In this document: piece by piece, positions 9,312 to 19,196 of the stretch
Numbering within the stretch: the stretch's first letter is position 1
Layout: each line of letters opens with the position of its first letter
Assembly (NCBI GenBank): GCA_963697895.1
Contig: OY969100.1
Location: forward strand, 160,001-224,000
Origin: an uncultured Methanomicrobiales archaeon
GTDB lineage: Archaea; Halobacteriota; Methanomicrobia; Methanomicrobiales; Methanospirillaceae
Length of the DNA stretch: 64,000 nt
Reading direction: 5' to 3'
Notes under the pieces: generated by a model
The model's input: only the letters and a program-made list of their open reading frames with translations
Database searches by the model: none
Told to the model about the DNA's origin: nothing
Translations under genes and position numbers: made by a program

Positions 9312-10466
9312 CTAACCCTGCCACACGGCTAAGAGCTTTCCCGATTCGGTATCGATGTTGAATTGTTCAAAGGCTTTTTTATACCCGTTTTCGATGAATC
9401 TTTCCCGCAGAGGTTCATTGGTCAGCAATATCTTGATCTTTTCCACCAGCATCCCGACGTCATCCGGTTCAACGATAAAACCGTCCACCCCGTCCTGTAA
9501 AATTTCAGGAATACCGGTCACGTCCGGACCTATCACGGGTACCCGGCATGCCCAGGCTTCGGTGAATACATTGGGCCATCCTTCGGACCTGCTTGTTAAA
9601 ATGAGTAATTTTGCCCTGCCCAGGACCGCAAAGACCTCTTCCTGGTTTTTATATCCGAGGAGTCTTACCTCACCGGACAGATTCAATCCCTTTATCAGGC
9701 CGTCGAGACGGGGTTTTTCGGAACCATCCCCGACTATCAGGCATTCGAAGGGGATGTTCTCTCCTTTCAGGATCGCGCAGGCGTGTATCAGAGCATCCAG
9801 GTTTTTGACTTTTTCAAGACGTGCGACGGAGACCAGGGTATTTTTTCCCCTGCAATCCGCGACGGGATACGTCTTGGTAAAATCAAGCGCAGAGTGAATT
9901 ACGGTGATATCGCCCGCATCAACGCCAAAGCGGTCCATGATGTACCGCCGGTTATATTCCGTCACCGTGACATGTTTTTTCGCCAACTTTGACTTGATCC
10001 GGTAATTTTTTCCCGGTTTATCGAAGATTTCGTAGCGGTGTGTCGTGAAAGAAAAGGAAATCCCTGTCAGGAGATGGACGAGCAGGGCGAAATCCGAAGA
10101 CCTCGGCCAATGCGCATGAATGTGGTCGGGTCTCCGGTTATCGATCACCAGTGCATCATACAGATTTTCAAGAAATAAACGGCCGATACCGCTATGGGGA
10201 TGGAATGCAAATGCCGCTGTTTTTAAATAGGCAAACGGCTGGTGAAAAAACCAGTAAAAATGCCCATAAATCTTCTCCTTTCTGTTGTTTGAGAAATAAT
10301 GGACTGATTTTACGTCGCCCACCTCCGGATGGACGACCTTCTGGTTGGGTTTATAAAAAGCAAAAACCTCTATTTCGACCCCCTTCCTTTGCATTGCCAG
10401 AATCTCTCTCAAAATAAAGGTCTGGGAAATGCTCGGAAATGAATCCAAAATTTCAACGACTTTCAT
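9312..10466 (-). CDS. Glycosyltransferase family 4 (WcaL-like)
   Basis: FPSISQTFILREI, HIHAH, SVARLEKVK, EGWPNVFTEAWAC; start set at ATG 10466. Confidence 0.9.
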   Translation of the reverse strand: MKVVEILDSFPSISQTFILREILAMQRKGVEIEVFAFYKPNQKVVHPEVGDVKSVHYFSNNRKEKIYGHFYWFFHQPFAYLKTAAFAFHPHSGIGRLFLENLYDALVIDNRRPDHIHAHWPRSSDFALLVHLLTGISFSFTTHRYEIFDKPGKNYRIKSKLAKKHVTVTEYNRRYIMDRFGVDAGDITVIHSALDFTKTYPVADCRGKNTLVSVARLEKVKNLDALIHACAILKGENIPFECLIVGDGSEKPRLDGLIKGLNLSGEVRLLGYKNQEEVFAVLGRAKLLILTSRSEGWPNVFTEAWACRVPVIGPDVTGIPEILQDGVDGFIVEPDDVGMLVEKIKILLTNEPLRERFIENGYKKAFEQFNIDTESGKLLAVWQG

Positions 10467-10878
10467 TCCAATACCATATCTCCCGTTCACCGTCTTTAAT
10501 CATTCTTTCCTGAATACGGAGAAAATGGGCGATTGGACGAGAAAATGCGCAAATTGTTACGCCCATCGTCGCCAATTAAGTCCGGGATCGAAATGAGAAA
10601 AGATCGTCCAGAAGCATTTATTCCGGGGCAGGAGACGTGAATAAAGAATCTGACAATCCGTATCCGGGCAGTCATCATTCTATACAGGAATTTACCGGGA
10701 TGGATCTGCGTCGATTTGTCGAAGATCAGAGCGAGAGAGTGGAAACTCCAGACGCGGAGGTGTTTGCGCGATCCTTCCTATCAGGTCGCGGTCCGGATGT
10801 ACCGTATGGATACCCGTCTTCGTCCGTTCTTGAACCGTTCTCCGGCGATAATTATTATGCGCCGGGATATGACAAGAT

Positions 10879-11802
10879 ATGATGGAAGATCGATCTGAAA
10901 TGCCGGTTGTGAGCATAGTCCTCCCGACCTACAACCGGGCAGAGACGATCGGGCGTTCGATCCGGAGCGCACTAAACCAGACTTATACCCGGTTTGAACT
11001 GATAGTCGTAGACGATTGTTCAACCGATAACACTGCCGGAATTCTTGCAGCCATCTCCGATCCCCGCCTCCGGGTGATCAGACATACAAAAAACCGGGGA
11101 GCGCCTGCCGCACGGAATACGGGCATCGCGAACGCCAGAGGGGCGTATATTACGTTCCTCGACAGCGACGATGAGTGGCACCCGGATAAGATCGAGAAGG
11201 AGCTCTCTCTCATGGAGGAGCGGCCGGACGTCGGCGTTGTTTATTCCGGGTTCTGGCGTCATATCCACGGTAAAAAATCGTATGTACCGTTCAAATGGGT
11301 TAAATCCAAGGAAGGGAAGATCCACGAAGAGCTGTTATGGCGCAATTTCATCAATACACAAAGCCTGATCCGGAAGGATGTTCTCGATGCGGTTGGCGTT
11401 TTTGATGAGAATGCACCGAGGTTCCAGGATTGGGACCTGTTCATCCGGATATCAGGACACTATCCTTTTGCATACTCCCACGAGGCCCTGTTTGAGGTAT
11501 ATCACTCTGAACAGAGCATAACGGCAGACCCCCGGGCGCAGATAAGCGGACTGCTCTACATTCTTAAAAAACATTGTGCAGAGTTCTCTCTCCACACGCC
11601 GATCCTGGCCGAACAATATTTCCAGTTATCTCTCCTGTATTATTTTGCGGGAGATCGCACAAAGGCACACACGTTCCTCATGCACGCTTTGAAACTGGAC
11701 CATTTCAGGATAAAATTCCTCGCCGTACTCGGTTTATCCGTCTCGCCCCGGTTAATGCAGTATGTTTTTATCACCTACAGGTCTTTGAGGAACGAATGGT
11801 GA
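10879..11802 (+). CDS. Glycosyltransferase family 2
   Basis: VSIVLPTYNR, VVDDCSTD, ARNTG, FLDSDD, QDWDL. Confidence 0.95.
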   Translation: MMEDRSEMPVVSIVLPTYNRAETIGRSIRSALNQTYTRFELIVVDDCSTDNTAGILAAISDPRLRVIRHTKNRGAPAARNTGIANARGAYITFLDSDDEWHPDKIEKELSLMEERPDVGVVYSGFWRHIHGKKSYVPFKWVKSKEGKIHEELLWRNFINTQSLIRKDVLDAVGVFDENAPRFQDWDLFIRISGHYPFAYSHEALFEVYHSEQSITADPRAQISGLLYILKKHCAEFSLHTPILAEQYFQLSLLYYFAGDRTKAHTFLMHALKLDHFRIKFLAVLGLSVSPRLMQYVFITYRSLRNEW

Positions 11803-12090
11803 CCCGATATCCCGGAGTATGAACCCCCCCGGGATACATATTCAGAGGGAGCCATGGGAAAAAAGCGATCGAAAACCGGGAGTTTTCCGGCCAAAGGGAT
11901 TCTTCAGGGCTTTCCGGTCAGCAGGGCGGTCGGGAGCAGGGAGAATGGGATCCGGCTGTCATCAGAGATCGGATGGGTCGGGAAAATCCGATACGTGAAG
12001 TTGAATTAAAATATTTTACCCCCCCATAAGTACAGGAACAAATTTTACTGGAAAATTTGTCGGGTACCGAAATACCCGTTTCAATGATGC

Positions 12091-12163
12091 ACCCCCGTAG
12101 TGTAGCGGTCAATCATGCAGGACTTTGGATCCGGCGACGGCGGTTCGAATCCGCCCGGGGGTA
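12091..12163 (+). tRNA. tRNA-Gln(TTG)
   Basis: Acceptor ACCCCCG/CGGGGGT + discriminator A, anticodon loop CT-TTG-GA, T-arm GGCGG-TTCGAAT-CCGCC. A1-U72 pair is typical of archaeal tRNA-Gln; no encoded CCA. Confidence 0.95.
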
Positions 12164-12342
12164 CTGTTATTGCCTGAAGAATCTCTCGAAAGAGTTTTTT
12201 TCCCCGTTCATCGGGAAGAAACGGGATTGAGAACGGGCCACTCATTTCCTTCCGGTCATGCAACCGATGCATCTCCCTGAACGGGGAACCAGGCCTCCGA
12301 AAACGTATCTTAGGGGATAACCCCTGCGCCGGGGAGGTCCGA

Positions 12343-13431
12343 TCACAATACCGTGATCGGTGGGAGGGGGCCGATCCCCTGCGGCGGCTCGATCTCCCGT
12401 CCATGATCGTCCTCGGCCCCGAGATGGAGGTACCGGTATTCGATCGCATCTTCTATCAGGTCTGCAATCCCAAACACCCTCGTGTAAACCGGGCCGATTA
12501 TCCGCGACGGATCGATGAAATACCCCGGGGAATTCGGTGATGGGGAGATGGTGAAAGCAGAGGGGGCACCGTAATCGTCCGCAGGATCTTCCGCAACCCC
12601 GGGATACATATTCGCTCCCGTTCCGTCATAGAGCGTTTTTTCGGCATCGAGGTACTGCCGGGGAAAGAAATGGACATCCCGGATGGTAATCTTTGATACC
12701 TCCCCGTCACGATGGTACACGGTATACATCCGTCCGGCGGAGGTATCCCCGTCCCCCTGATAGTTGGTGAGATCTTCCACGCAGAGCGCATTATGGATCA
12801 GTTCTGAATCCAGGGTCGTCGCGTGGGCATGCCCGCTCAACACAAACGTAGGTTTCAGGACCAGATTTTGTTCGATGCTCTCGCCGAGCAGCGACTCAGA
12901 AAAATCCTCGTCATAAAAGTTATGCGCCGCGATCAGCACGAATTTTTGAGGATTTTCTTCAATAAAGGCCCTTCCCGTCACAATTTGCGAATCGCTCAGA
13001 GGTCCTTTCGAATATCCGATCCCGAGAAAGATGAAGTCATTGATGAGTGCATTCCAGTTGTACTTGTCCCCGACAAATGCATCAAAGAGCGGGTTAACCG
13101 CCTGGCCGCCCAGATCGTGATTCCCCGGTATTTCGAAGACGGGAACCGTCGTCAGGGATCGTGCGTTTGCATAATTCGTCCATTGACTGATATTGCTCCC
13201 GTTATCGACCAGATCGCCGGTAATGATTATCGCGGATATATTGTAATTGCCTTTCATCGATTCCAGGGAAGAAAACGTATAATTCAGAGTATCGGGATAC
13301 CGTGAGGAGAGGGTCTGGGTGTCGGATATATGTATGATTGAATAGGTATACGAATCGGCGGCCGAAACCGTCCCCCCGAATACGGCCAGCATTCCGATCA
13401 CGACGATAAAAAAGGGGACACGGGCGTTCAT
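12343..13431 (-). CDS. Secreted calcineurin-like metallophosphoesterase
   Basis: Signal peptide ending VSA-AD; motifs DTQ, TGD, GNHD, H, GHAH; start set at ATG 13431. Confidence 0.85.
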   Translation of the reverse strand: MNARVPFFIVVIGMLAVFGGTVSAADSYTYSIIHISDTQTLSSRYPDTLNYTFSSLESMKGNYNISAIIITGDLVDNGSNISQWTNYANARSLTTVPVFEIPGNHDLGGQAVNPLFDAFVGDKYNWNALINDFIFLGIGYSKGPLSDSQIVTGRAFIEENPQKFVLIAAHNFYDEDFSESLLGESIEQNLVLKPTFVLSGHAHATTLDSELIHNALCVEDLTNYQGDGDTSAGRMYTVYHRDGEVSKITIRDVHFFPRQYLDAEKTLYDGTGANMYPGVAEDPADDYGAPSAFTISPSPNSPGYFIDPSRIIGPVYTRVFGIADLIEDAIEYRYLHLGAEDDHGREIEPPQGIGPLPPITVL

Positions 13432-13638
13432 GGTATCTTTCCTCTGGTTATTTTTCAAATAGCCTTCCGTATGACCGGTAAAACCGGCATTTATGTAAAG
13501 TAAATTTTACAGAATAGGGTAAATACCTTCTGGAGGCGGTAACGGTAAGGTATCAGAACGAACTTCGGGGTTCATTCCTTTTGTAAATCCGGGGTAGCTC
13601 AGAAATAGATGCGGGACATGCCTAGAAGGACAAGGCCT

Positions 13639-14484
13639 TCACCCGGGAGATAACCCGAGGATCTTCCTCGCCTCCTCCGGTGTCGCAATCTCCCTCCCCA
13701 GTTCCCGGGCAATTCTCACGATGCGTTCCACCAGCGCCTCGTTCGTGGCCAATATCATCTGGTCATGATCGAAATAGATCGCATCCTCGACCCCCGTCCG
13801 TACATGCCCTCCCATAAGGATTGCCGCCGCATTGATCTGGCACTGGAATCTGCCGATACCCGCTCCCGACCAGGTGTTTCCGGATGGCAGGGATTCCACC
13901 AGGTACACAAGATCCCTGAAATCTGCAGGGATACTGCCGAGTGACCCGAGAAGGAGATTAAAATGAAGAGGAGGATGGATGATACCCCTCTTCGTCAGAT
14001 GCCGGGCCGTATTAATAAAGCCGGGTTCAAAAATTTCGAGTTCGGGTTTCACTCCCCTCATGTGCATCCTCTTGGCAAGGAATGCAACCGTATCGGGGGG
14101 ATTGATGCTCGGGTGATCAAAGAAGTTTACGGATCCTACCGATAACGTGGCCATCTCGGGCCCGAGATCGAGGACTTCTGCACGTTCACGGGGATCGCTC
14201 TGGAACCGTCCGCTTGTTGTGGCGCAGATTATGATATCCGGGCATTTTTTTCGGATTTTTTCGAATATCTCTTCAAAGACATCCTTCCGCGTCGTTGGCA
14301 GACCCTGTTCATCCCTGGCATGCACATGGACCATGGAGACACCGCGTCGGTACGTCCGGTAGGTATCCTCTGCGATCTCATCCGGAGTAACAGGTACATG
14401 CGGGGTCATGTCCTTCGTCGGGATCACCCCTGTGGGCGCGACCTGGATGATTAACTTCCCGACCCGGTTTCCCCTTGCTAGCAC
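13639..14484 (-). CDS. Beta-keto acid cleavage enzyme family (3-keto-5-aminohexanoate cleavage protein, DUF849)
   Basis: APTG, PVTPDEIA, VHVHARD, KPELEIFE, GGHVRTGVED, ATPEEARKILGL. Confidence 0.9.
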   Translation of the reverse strand: MLARGNRVGKLIIQVAPTGVIPTKDMTPHVPVTPDEIAEDTYRTYRRGVSMVHVHARDEQGLPTTRKDVFEEIFEKIRKKCPDIIICATTSGRFQSDPRERAEVLDLGPEMATLSVGSVNFFDHPSINPPDTVAFLAKRMHMRGVKPELEIFEPGFINTARHLTKRGIIHPPLHFNLLLGSLGSIPADFRDLVYLVESLPSGNTWSGAGIGRFQCQINAAAILMGGHVRTGVEDAIYFDHDQMILATNEALVERIVRIARELGREIATPEEARKILGLSPG

Positions 14485-14523
14485 GGTATCACCCTCCCCT
14501 TATTTTACTCAGACCGCTGGAAC

Positions 14524-15174
14524 TTATTCGTTCTTTTTCAGGATCTTTGCCGGTACCCCGACAACGACGACATCGTCCGGAACATTGCCCACGACTGCGG
14601 CCCCGGCACCCACGAAGGAGTGTCTGCCGATATGTATCTTGTCGATGACCGTTGCCCCGATCCCGATAGTGGTCCGGTCACCGACGGTGACCAGTCCTGC
14701 AAGTGAAGCTCCCGGATTTATCTGGCAGAATTCGCCGATCTCCGTATCATGCCCGATGTTACACGCCCGGTTGATCAGGGTGAAGCTCCCGATACGGACG
14801 TTGGGCCCGATCACGGCATGCGGACTGATGATAACGCCCCGGCCGATCCCCCCGTTCGACCCCACATACGCGGACGGATGTATGATGCTGGAAAACCGGA
14901 TATCATAGGTTTTTTCCAGATCTTCGAGGACCAATTCCCGGGTGGTTAAAAATCCGTACATATATTTATCCCCGGGAACCGGCCGAAAATCAGGGAGGGG
15001 TACAACGGGCACCGCATAGGAGAGAAGGGAGATTCTCCTCTCCAGATTTTCGGGTTCTGCCTGTCTCAGGCTGGGGTGATCAACCACTGCCTTGATTTTT
15101 CCCCCGTTTGCGTGAATGATATCGAAAACGTCGCTGATATAGTCCCCGAACCCGAAGATAACCCATTGGTCCAT
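14524..15174 (-). CDS. Sugar O-acyltransferase, NeuD/PglD-like hexapeptide family
   Basis: IIHPSAYV, IGHD, GAGAAVV, VVGVPAK motifs. Confidence 0.9.
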   Translation of the reverse strand: MDQWVIFGFGDYISDVFDIIHANGGKIKAVVDHPSLRQAEPENLERRISLLSYAVPVVPLPDFRPVPGDKYMYGFLTTRELVLEDLEKTYDIRFSSIIHPSAYVGSNGGIGRGVIISPHAVIGPNVRIGSFTLINRACNIGHDTEIGEFCQINPGASLAGLVTVGDRTTIGIGATVIDKIHIGRHSFVGAGAAVVGNVPDDVVVVGVPAKILKKNE

Positions 15175-15294
15175 AACAACCTATGGATAGTTCGGAACCG
15201 GGGACTATAAAATTTATCATGTACACCGGTATTTTTTGGAAATTGAGGCCGCGTATGACGAATAAGTGCCCTTCCGGAAGCTGCCGGTCTGTCG

Positions 15295-16101
15295 CTAGAG
15301 ATTCATCAGAGTCTGAATGAGCATGGTTGCCGAGATGAGCACGAGAAACACGGCAAATACCTTCGTCAGCTCTTCGGACCGTATCTTCGGGGCCATGTGC
15401 GCGCCGATCTGGGCACCGATGACCGCACCCAGGGAGAAGCTGATTACGTAATCGATCGACACCTGTCCCAGCCGCTGATGGACGATCGCCCCTGAGATGG
15501 ACGTCGCGAGGATGACGAGGAGGGATGTGGCGACGGCAAAGTGAATCGGCATGCCGATCGATGTCAGGGCAGGGACGTTGATCACCCCTCCCCCTATCCC
15601 GGTTATACCCCCGACGAATCCCGCAACCGCACCCCAGAAGAAGAGGTGAAGAAGATATGAACGGCAGTGTGCGGTCGTGCAGAAACAGTCGCTGCATTCC
15701 TCGTCGAAATAGGGGCCATATCTCAGAGATATGACAAACGGTACCCGGGGGGACAGCATGTGGAGGGCGATGAGGAGGAGGAGAATGGAGAAGATGATCG
15801 CGAGGGCACCCCCTGATATGTACTTCGTCGAATACGAGCCAACGGCTGAAAAGATGATACTGGGGATGACGATGAAGAGAGCGCTCCGGTAAAAGATGCG
15901 CCGCTGCCTCGCATAGGAGATGCTCCCGGAGAGCGACGTGAATATGATGATGGTGAGACTGGTGCCGATGGCGACCTTCTGGTCCAGACCGAAGAGCAGG
16001 GTAAGGGTCGGTACATAGAGAAATCCGCCGCCGACCCCGATGACGGACGAGACGATCCCGATGAGAATGGCGATAAAAAATCCCGCGACATATTCAATCA
16101 G
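15295..16101 (-). CDS. Sulfite exporter TauE/SafE (TSUP) family membrane protein
   Basis: The frame of ORF 15295..15759 stays open upstream (LIEYVAGFFIAILIGIVSSVIGVGGGFLYVP...AIGTSL), giving the two GxGGG...TSL repeats of TSUP. No in-frame ATG/GTG/TTG upstream; CTG 16101 taken as start. Confidence 0.8.
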   Translation of the reverse strand: MIEYVAGFFIAILIGIVSSVIGVGGGFLYVPTLTLLFGLDQKVAIGTSLTIIIFTSLSGSISYARQRRIFYRSALFIVIPSIIFSAVGSYSTKYISGGALAIIFSILLLLIALHMLSPRVPFVISLRYGPYFDEECSDCFCTTAHCRSYLLHLFFWGAVAGFVGGITGIGGGVINVPALTSIGMPIHFAVATSLLVILATSISGAIVHQRLGQVSIDYVISFSLGAVIGAQIGAHMAPKIRSEELTKVFAVFLVLISATMLIQTLMNL

Positions 16102-16427
16102 GAAGATCCCCTCTGGCTTTGGCAGACTGCCTTCGACGGTACCCTCACGGAACGTGGCACACTATGCGATTATCCCATTGATATATTCAGTCCTTCCTTT
16201 TTTGAGTACCGGAAAATTATGTTCTGCGTTTTTAGTGGGATCGACCGTGGTCTGATCAGGCAACCGTATGAGATCCATCTTTTCGGCCGTTCTGGGAGGC
16301 ATATGGACCCGACTGGACAGGAGATCACGAGGATGTACCTTCTCCTTCATCCCCTCCGCAATAAATCTGAAGTCTCCCGAAAAGGAGTTGATCGCGTTAT
16401 CGGGAGTTCGTGAGCTCTCCTCGCGAC

Positions 16428-16931
16428 CTAACTGCCCGCATTCAGGAACGCGATTGCCGCGAATATGAGAAGAACGAAGACAAAGAACGCGGTGTTCATG
16501 ATTCGTCCGGGGGCTCCTTTTCGCTGTGCCGGATCCGTCCGGGCAATGTATATGTGGAGCACGAGGGTGCAGAGCAGATACAGGCCATAGATGAGGAGCG
16601 CCATCCCGCAGGCAAGATACCCCCAGTCGAGGATGGATGCGGTGAGCGCTCCGATCCCGATCGCGAGGTTTGCAAACCCCACCTCTATCTGGAACAGGGG
16701 ATGATCCGGTGTCCATCCCATCCTGAGCTGATCTGAACGAAAGAAGAGGGAGTGACGGATAAAACTGAGGACCCCGACAACCCCGACGATCAATGCAGTC
16801 ACGATCCGGATGGACAGGGGGATATCGGAGAAGAGGAAGAAAATTCCGAGGAATGTACCGGTTACGGTTACGACAACGGTGGCTCCGAACAGGAGAGATG
16901 CCGGCCGGGAAGAAACGGAAAGAGCAGACAT
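16428..16931 (-). CDS. Uncharacterised multi-pass membrane protein (DUF6790-like)
   Basis: About five hydrophobic segments; H...MGW...FQIEVGFANLAIG motif. Confidence 0.65.
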   Translation of the reverse strand: MSALSVSSRPASLLFGATVVVTVTGTFLGIFFLFSDIPLSIRIVTALIVGVVGVLSFIRHSLFFRSDQLRMGWTPDHPLFQIEVGFANLAIGIGALTASILDWGYLACGMALLIYGLYLLCTLVLHIYIARTDPAQRKGAPGRIMNTAFFVFVLLIFAAIAFLNAGS

Positions 16932-16952
16932 AGTGAAACCCTGTTTTGGTTT

Positions 16953-17480
16953 CCCCTGAAACCCATATATGGCTGCCTGATTTCATTTCACCGATCATCG
17001 CCGGATGGAGAGGGAGAAAATATGCAAGGGTCCCGGCGATCCGAACCCCCTGAAACCCATATATGGCTGCCTGATTTCATTTCACCGGTTCGTCGCCGGA
17101 TGGAGAGGGAGAAAATATGCAAGGGTCCCGGCGATCCGAACCCCCTGAAACCCATATATGGCTGCCTGATTTCATTTCACCGGTTCGTCGCCGGATGAAC
17201 AGGGAGAAAATATGCAAGGGTCCCGGCGATCCGAACCCCCTGAAACCCATATAGGCTGCCTGATTTCATTTCACCGGTTCGTCGCCGGATGAACAGGGAG
17301 AAAATATGCAGGGTCCCGGCGATCCGAACTCCCTGAAACCCATATAGGCTGCCTGATTTCATTTCACCGGTTCGTCGCCGGATGAACAGGGAGAAAATAT
17401 GCAGGGTCCCGGCGATCCGAACCCCCTGAAACCCATATATGGCTGCCTGATTTCATTTCACCGATCGTGCCGGATGAAGG
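16953..17480. repeat. Tandem array, ~5.5 copies of a 93-95 bp unit
   Basis: CTGAAACCCATAT recurs at 16956, 17050, 17145, 17240, 17333, 17426. Confidence 0.95.
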
Positions 17481-17559
17481 GAGGGGTTGAACCGGTGACC
17501 CGAACCATTAAATCCCGGTACAGCGATCACCCCTGTTCATCCGTGATGGATAGGTGAAA

Positions 17560-18471
17560 ATGATGAAGTACCTTTTAATCGTGATCGGCATCGTCCTGGC
17601 AGCAGTGCTCGCAGCCGGGTGTACCCAGCCGGGTGTACCAACACCCACTCCGACGGCGACGCCGACGGTGACCACCGGACCGACCGGGGTTCCAACGACG
17701 GTGAAACTGGCAACGAATACGACGCTCGGGATATACCTTGTCGACGAGAACGGGATATCCCTCTACTACTTTGCCCTGGACGTTCCCGGCAACGGCACGA
17801 GCGCCTGCAGCGGTAACTGCAGCCAGCTCTGGCCCCCGTTCTATACCGAGAATATCGTCGTGAACCCTCCGCTCTCCGCAGCGGACTTCGGGACGATTAC
17901 CCGGACGGACGGGACGAAACAGACCACCTATGGCGGATGGCCGCTGTACTACTACTCCGGTGACAAAGGCGTCGGGCAGACGAACGGGGAAAACGTCGCC
18001 GACCTCTGGTGGGTCGTGAAACCCGATTATTCGGTCGTGGTCATGAGAAACAACGCCGTGGGAACGTACCTTGCGGACCCCGCCGGAATGACGCTCTATA
18101 CACTCACACGCGACACACCCGGGGTCAGCACCTGCATCGGTAACTGCAGCCAGATCTGGCCGATCTTTTATGTGGAGCCGCCGGTCGTCGCACCGTCGCT
18201 CATCCCTTCGTCCGATTTCGCCCGGATAACCCGCACGGACGGCGGGTTCCAGACCACGTACCAGGGAAAGCCGCTCTACTGGTACTCAGGTGATACCAAA
18301 CCCGGACAGACGAACGGCGAGGGCTTCAACAACATCTGGACCGTCGCAACGGTAGCCGGCACCCCGCCGCCACCGACACCGACGACGGTCGCTACCACGG
18401 TACCGGCAACAACCCCGACGACCGCGCCGACGACCCAGTCGTCGTCCGGTGGAGGAGGGTATTACTACTAA
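17560..18471 (+). CDS. Secreted lipoprotein with Yx(FWY)xxD (Lipoprotein_15-type) repeats
   Basis: Lipobox LAAGC; duplicated G.xLY...D...S.C.GNC.Q.WP / QTTY.G.PLY.YSGD domains; Thr/Pro-rich linkers; AGGTGA RBS. Confidence 0.85.
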   Translation: MMKYLLIVIGIVLAAVLAAGCTQPGVPTPTPTATPTVTTGPTGVPTTVKLATNTTLGIYLVDENGISLYYFALDVPGNGTSACSGNCSQLWPPFYTENIVVNPPLSAADFGTITRTDGTKQTTYGGWPLYYYSGDKGVGQTNGENVADLWWVVKPDYSVVVMRNNAVGTYLADPAGMTLYTLTRDTPGVSTCIGNCSQIWPIFYVEPPVVAPSLIPSSDFARITRTDGGFQTTYQGKPLYWYSGDTKPGQTNGEGFNNIWTVATVAGTPPPPTPTTVATTVPATTPTTAPTTQSSSGGGGYYY

Positions 18472-18584
18472 TATCTCCCTTTCTTTTTTTCAGGCAATCT
18501 TACCCAAATTTCACCTTGGGCCACATGTATCCGGCCGCTTCAGGAAAGTCCTCTGCGAAGCGGCCCGGTTTATCCAAAAAACCC

Positions 18585-19196
18585 TCACCCGCACTTCTCT
18601 GCCGCTTCTGCGCAGGGGATGCAGAGAACCTTTCCTTCCCGTCTCCGGGTCCGGGGTTCGGCTACGAGTTCCCCGCAGCCGGCACAGATGACGGAGTTGA
18701 AAATACGGGCCTTTTCGGGGATCGGCACCCTGACCCGGCGGATGGAGAAGAGCTCCTCCGGGGGTGCCGCGAGGATCTTCGCGATCACCCCATCCATCCG
18801 CTCCCGGTACTCCTCTTCTTCCGCCGCGGTGGCGGTTCCGGCCATCACCCGCTGCCGGAGGTCACTGGCACGGCTGTCGATCCGCCGCGTGGAGGAGTCC
18901 GGATGCTGGGCGATCCGGACCGCCTCACCGGAGTCCCGGTTGATGAACGTATACACGTTCTTCCCGTAGTCCCGGAGGACCAGGTTCCCCTTCCCGAGGG
19001 TACAGCCGGTCAGGTACTGGACCGCATCGACCCCGCAGGCGTCGTGTTCGACGATACAGACCAGTTCCTCGTCGCCCGACCGTCCGGACCTGAGTTCATT
19101 CAAAGCGATCTCTGCTACCCGGTACCCGAGCGCGAGACCGGGACAGCGGTGCCCGTGGAACCGGACCACTGCGGAAAAGGATGAATCGGATGACAT
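18585..19196 (-). CDS. fmdE: FmdE/FwdE-family protein with C-terminal C4 zinc finger
   Basis: FHGHRCPG, CGVDAVQ, GCTLGKGNL, CAGCGE...CIPC. Confidence 0.85.
   Translation of the reverse strand: MSSDSSFSAVVRFHGHRCPGLALGYRVAEIALNELRSGRSGDEELVCIVEHDACGVDAVQYLTGCTLGKGNLVLRDYGKNVYTFINRDSGEAVRIAQHPDSSTRRIDSRASDLRQRVMAGTATAAEEEEYRERMDGVIAKILAAPPEELFSIRRVRVPIPEKARIFNSVICAGCGELVAEPRTRRREGKVLCIPCAEAAEKCG

Noticed and set aside
10637-10882. 81-aa ORF overlapping the GT2 start
   Set aside because: No recognisable motif; it may be a gene remnant but cannot be supported.
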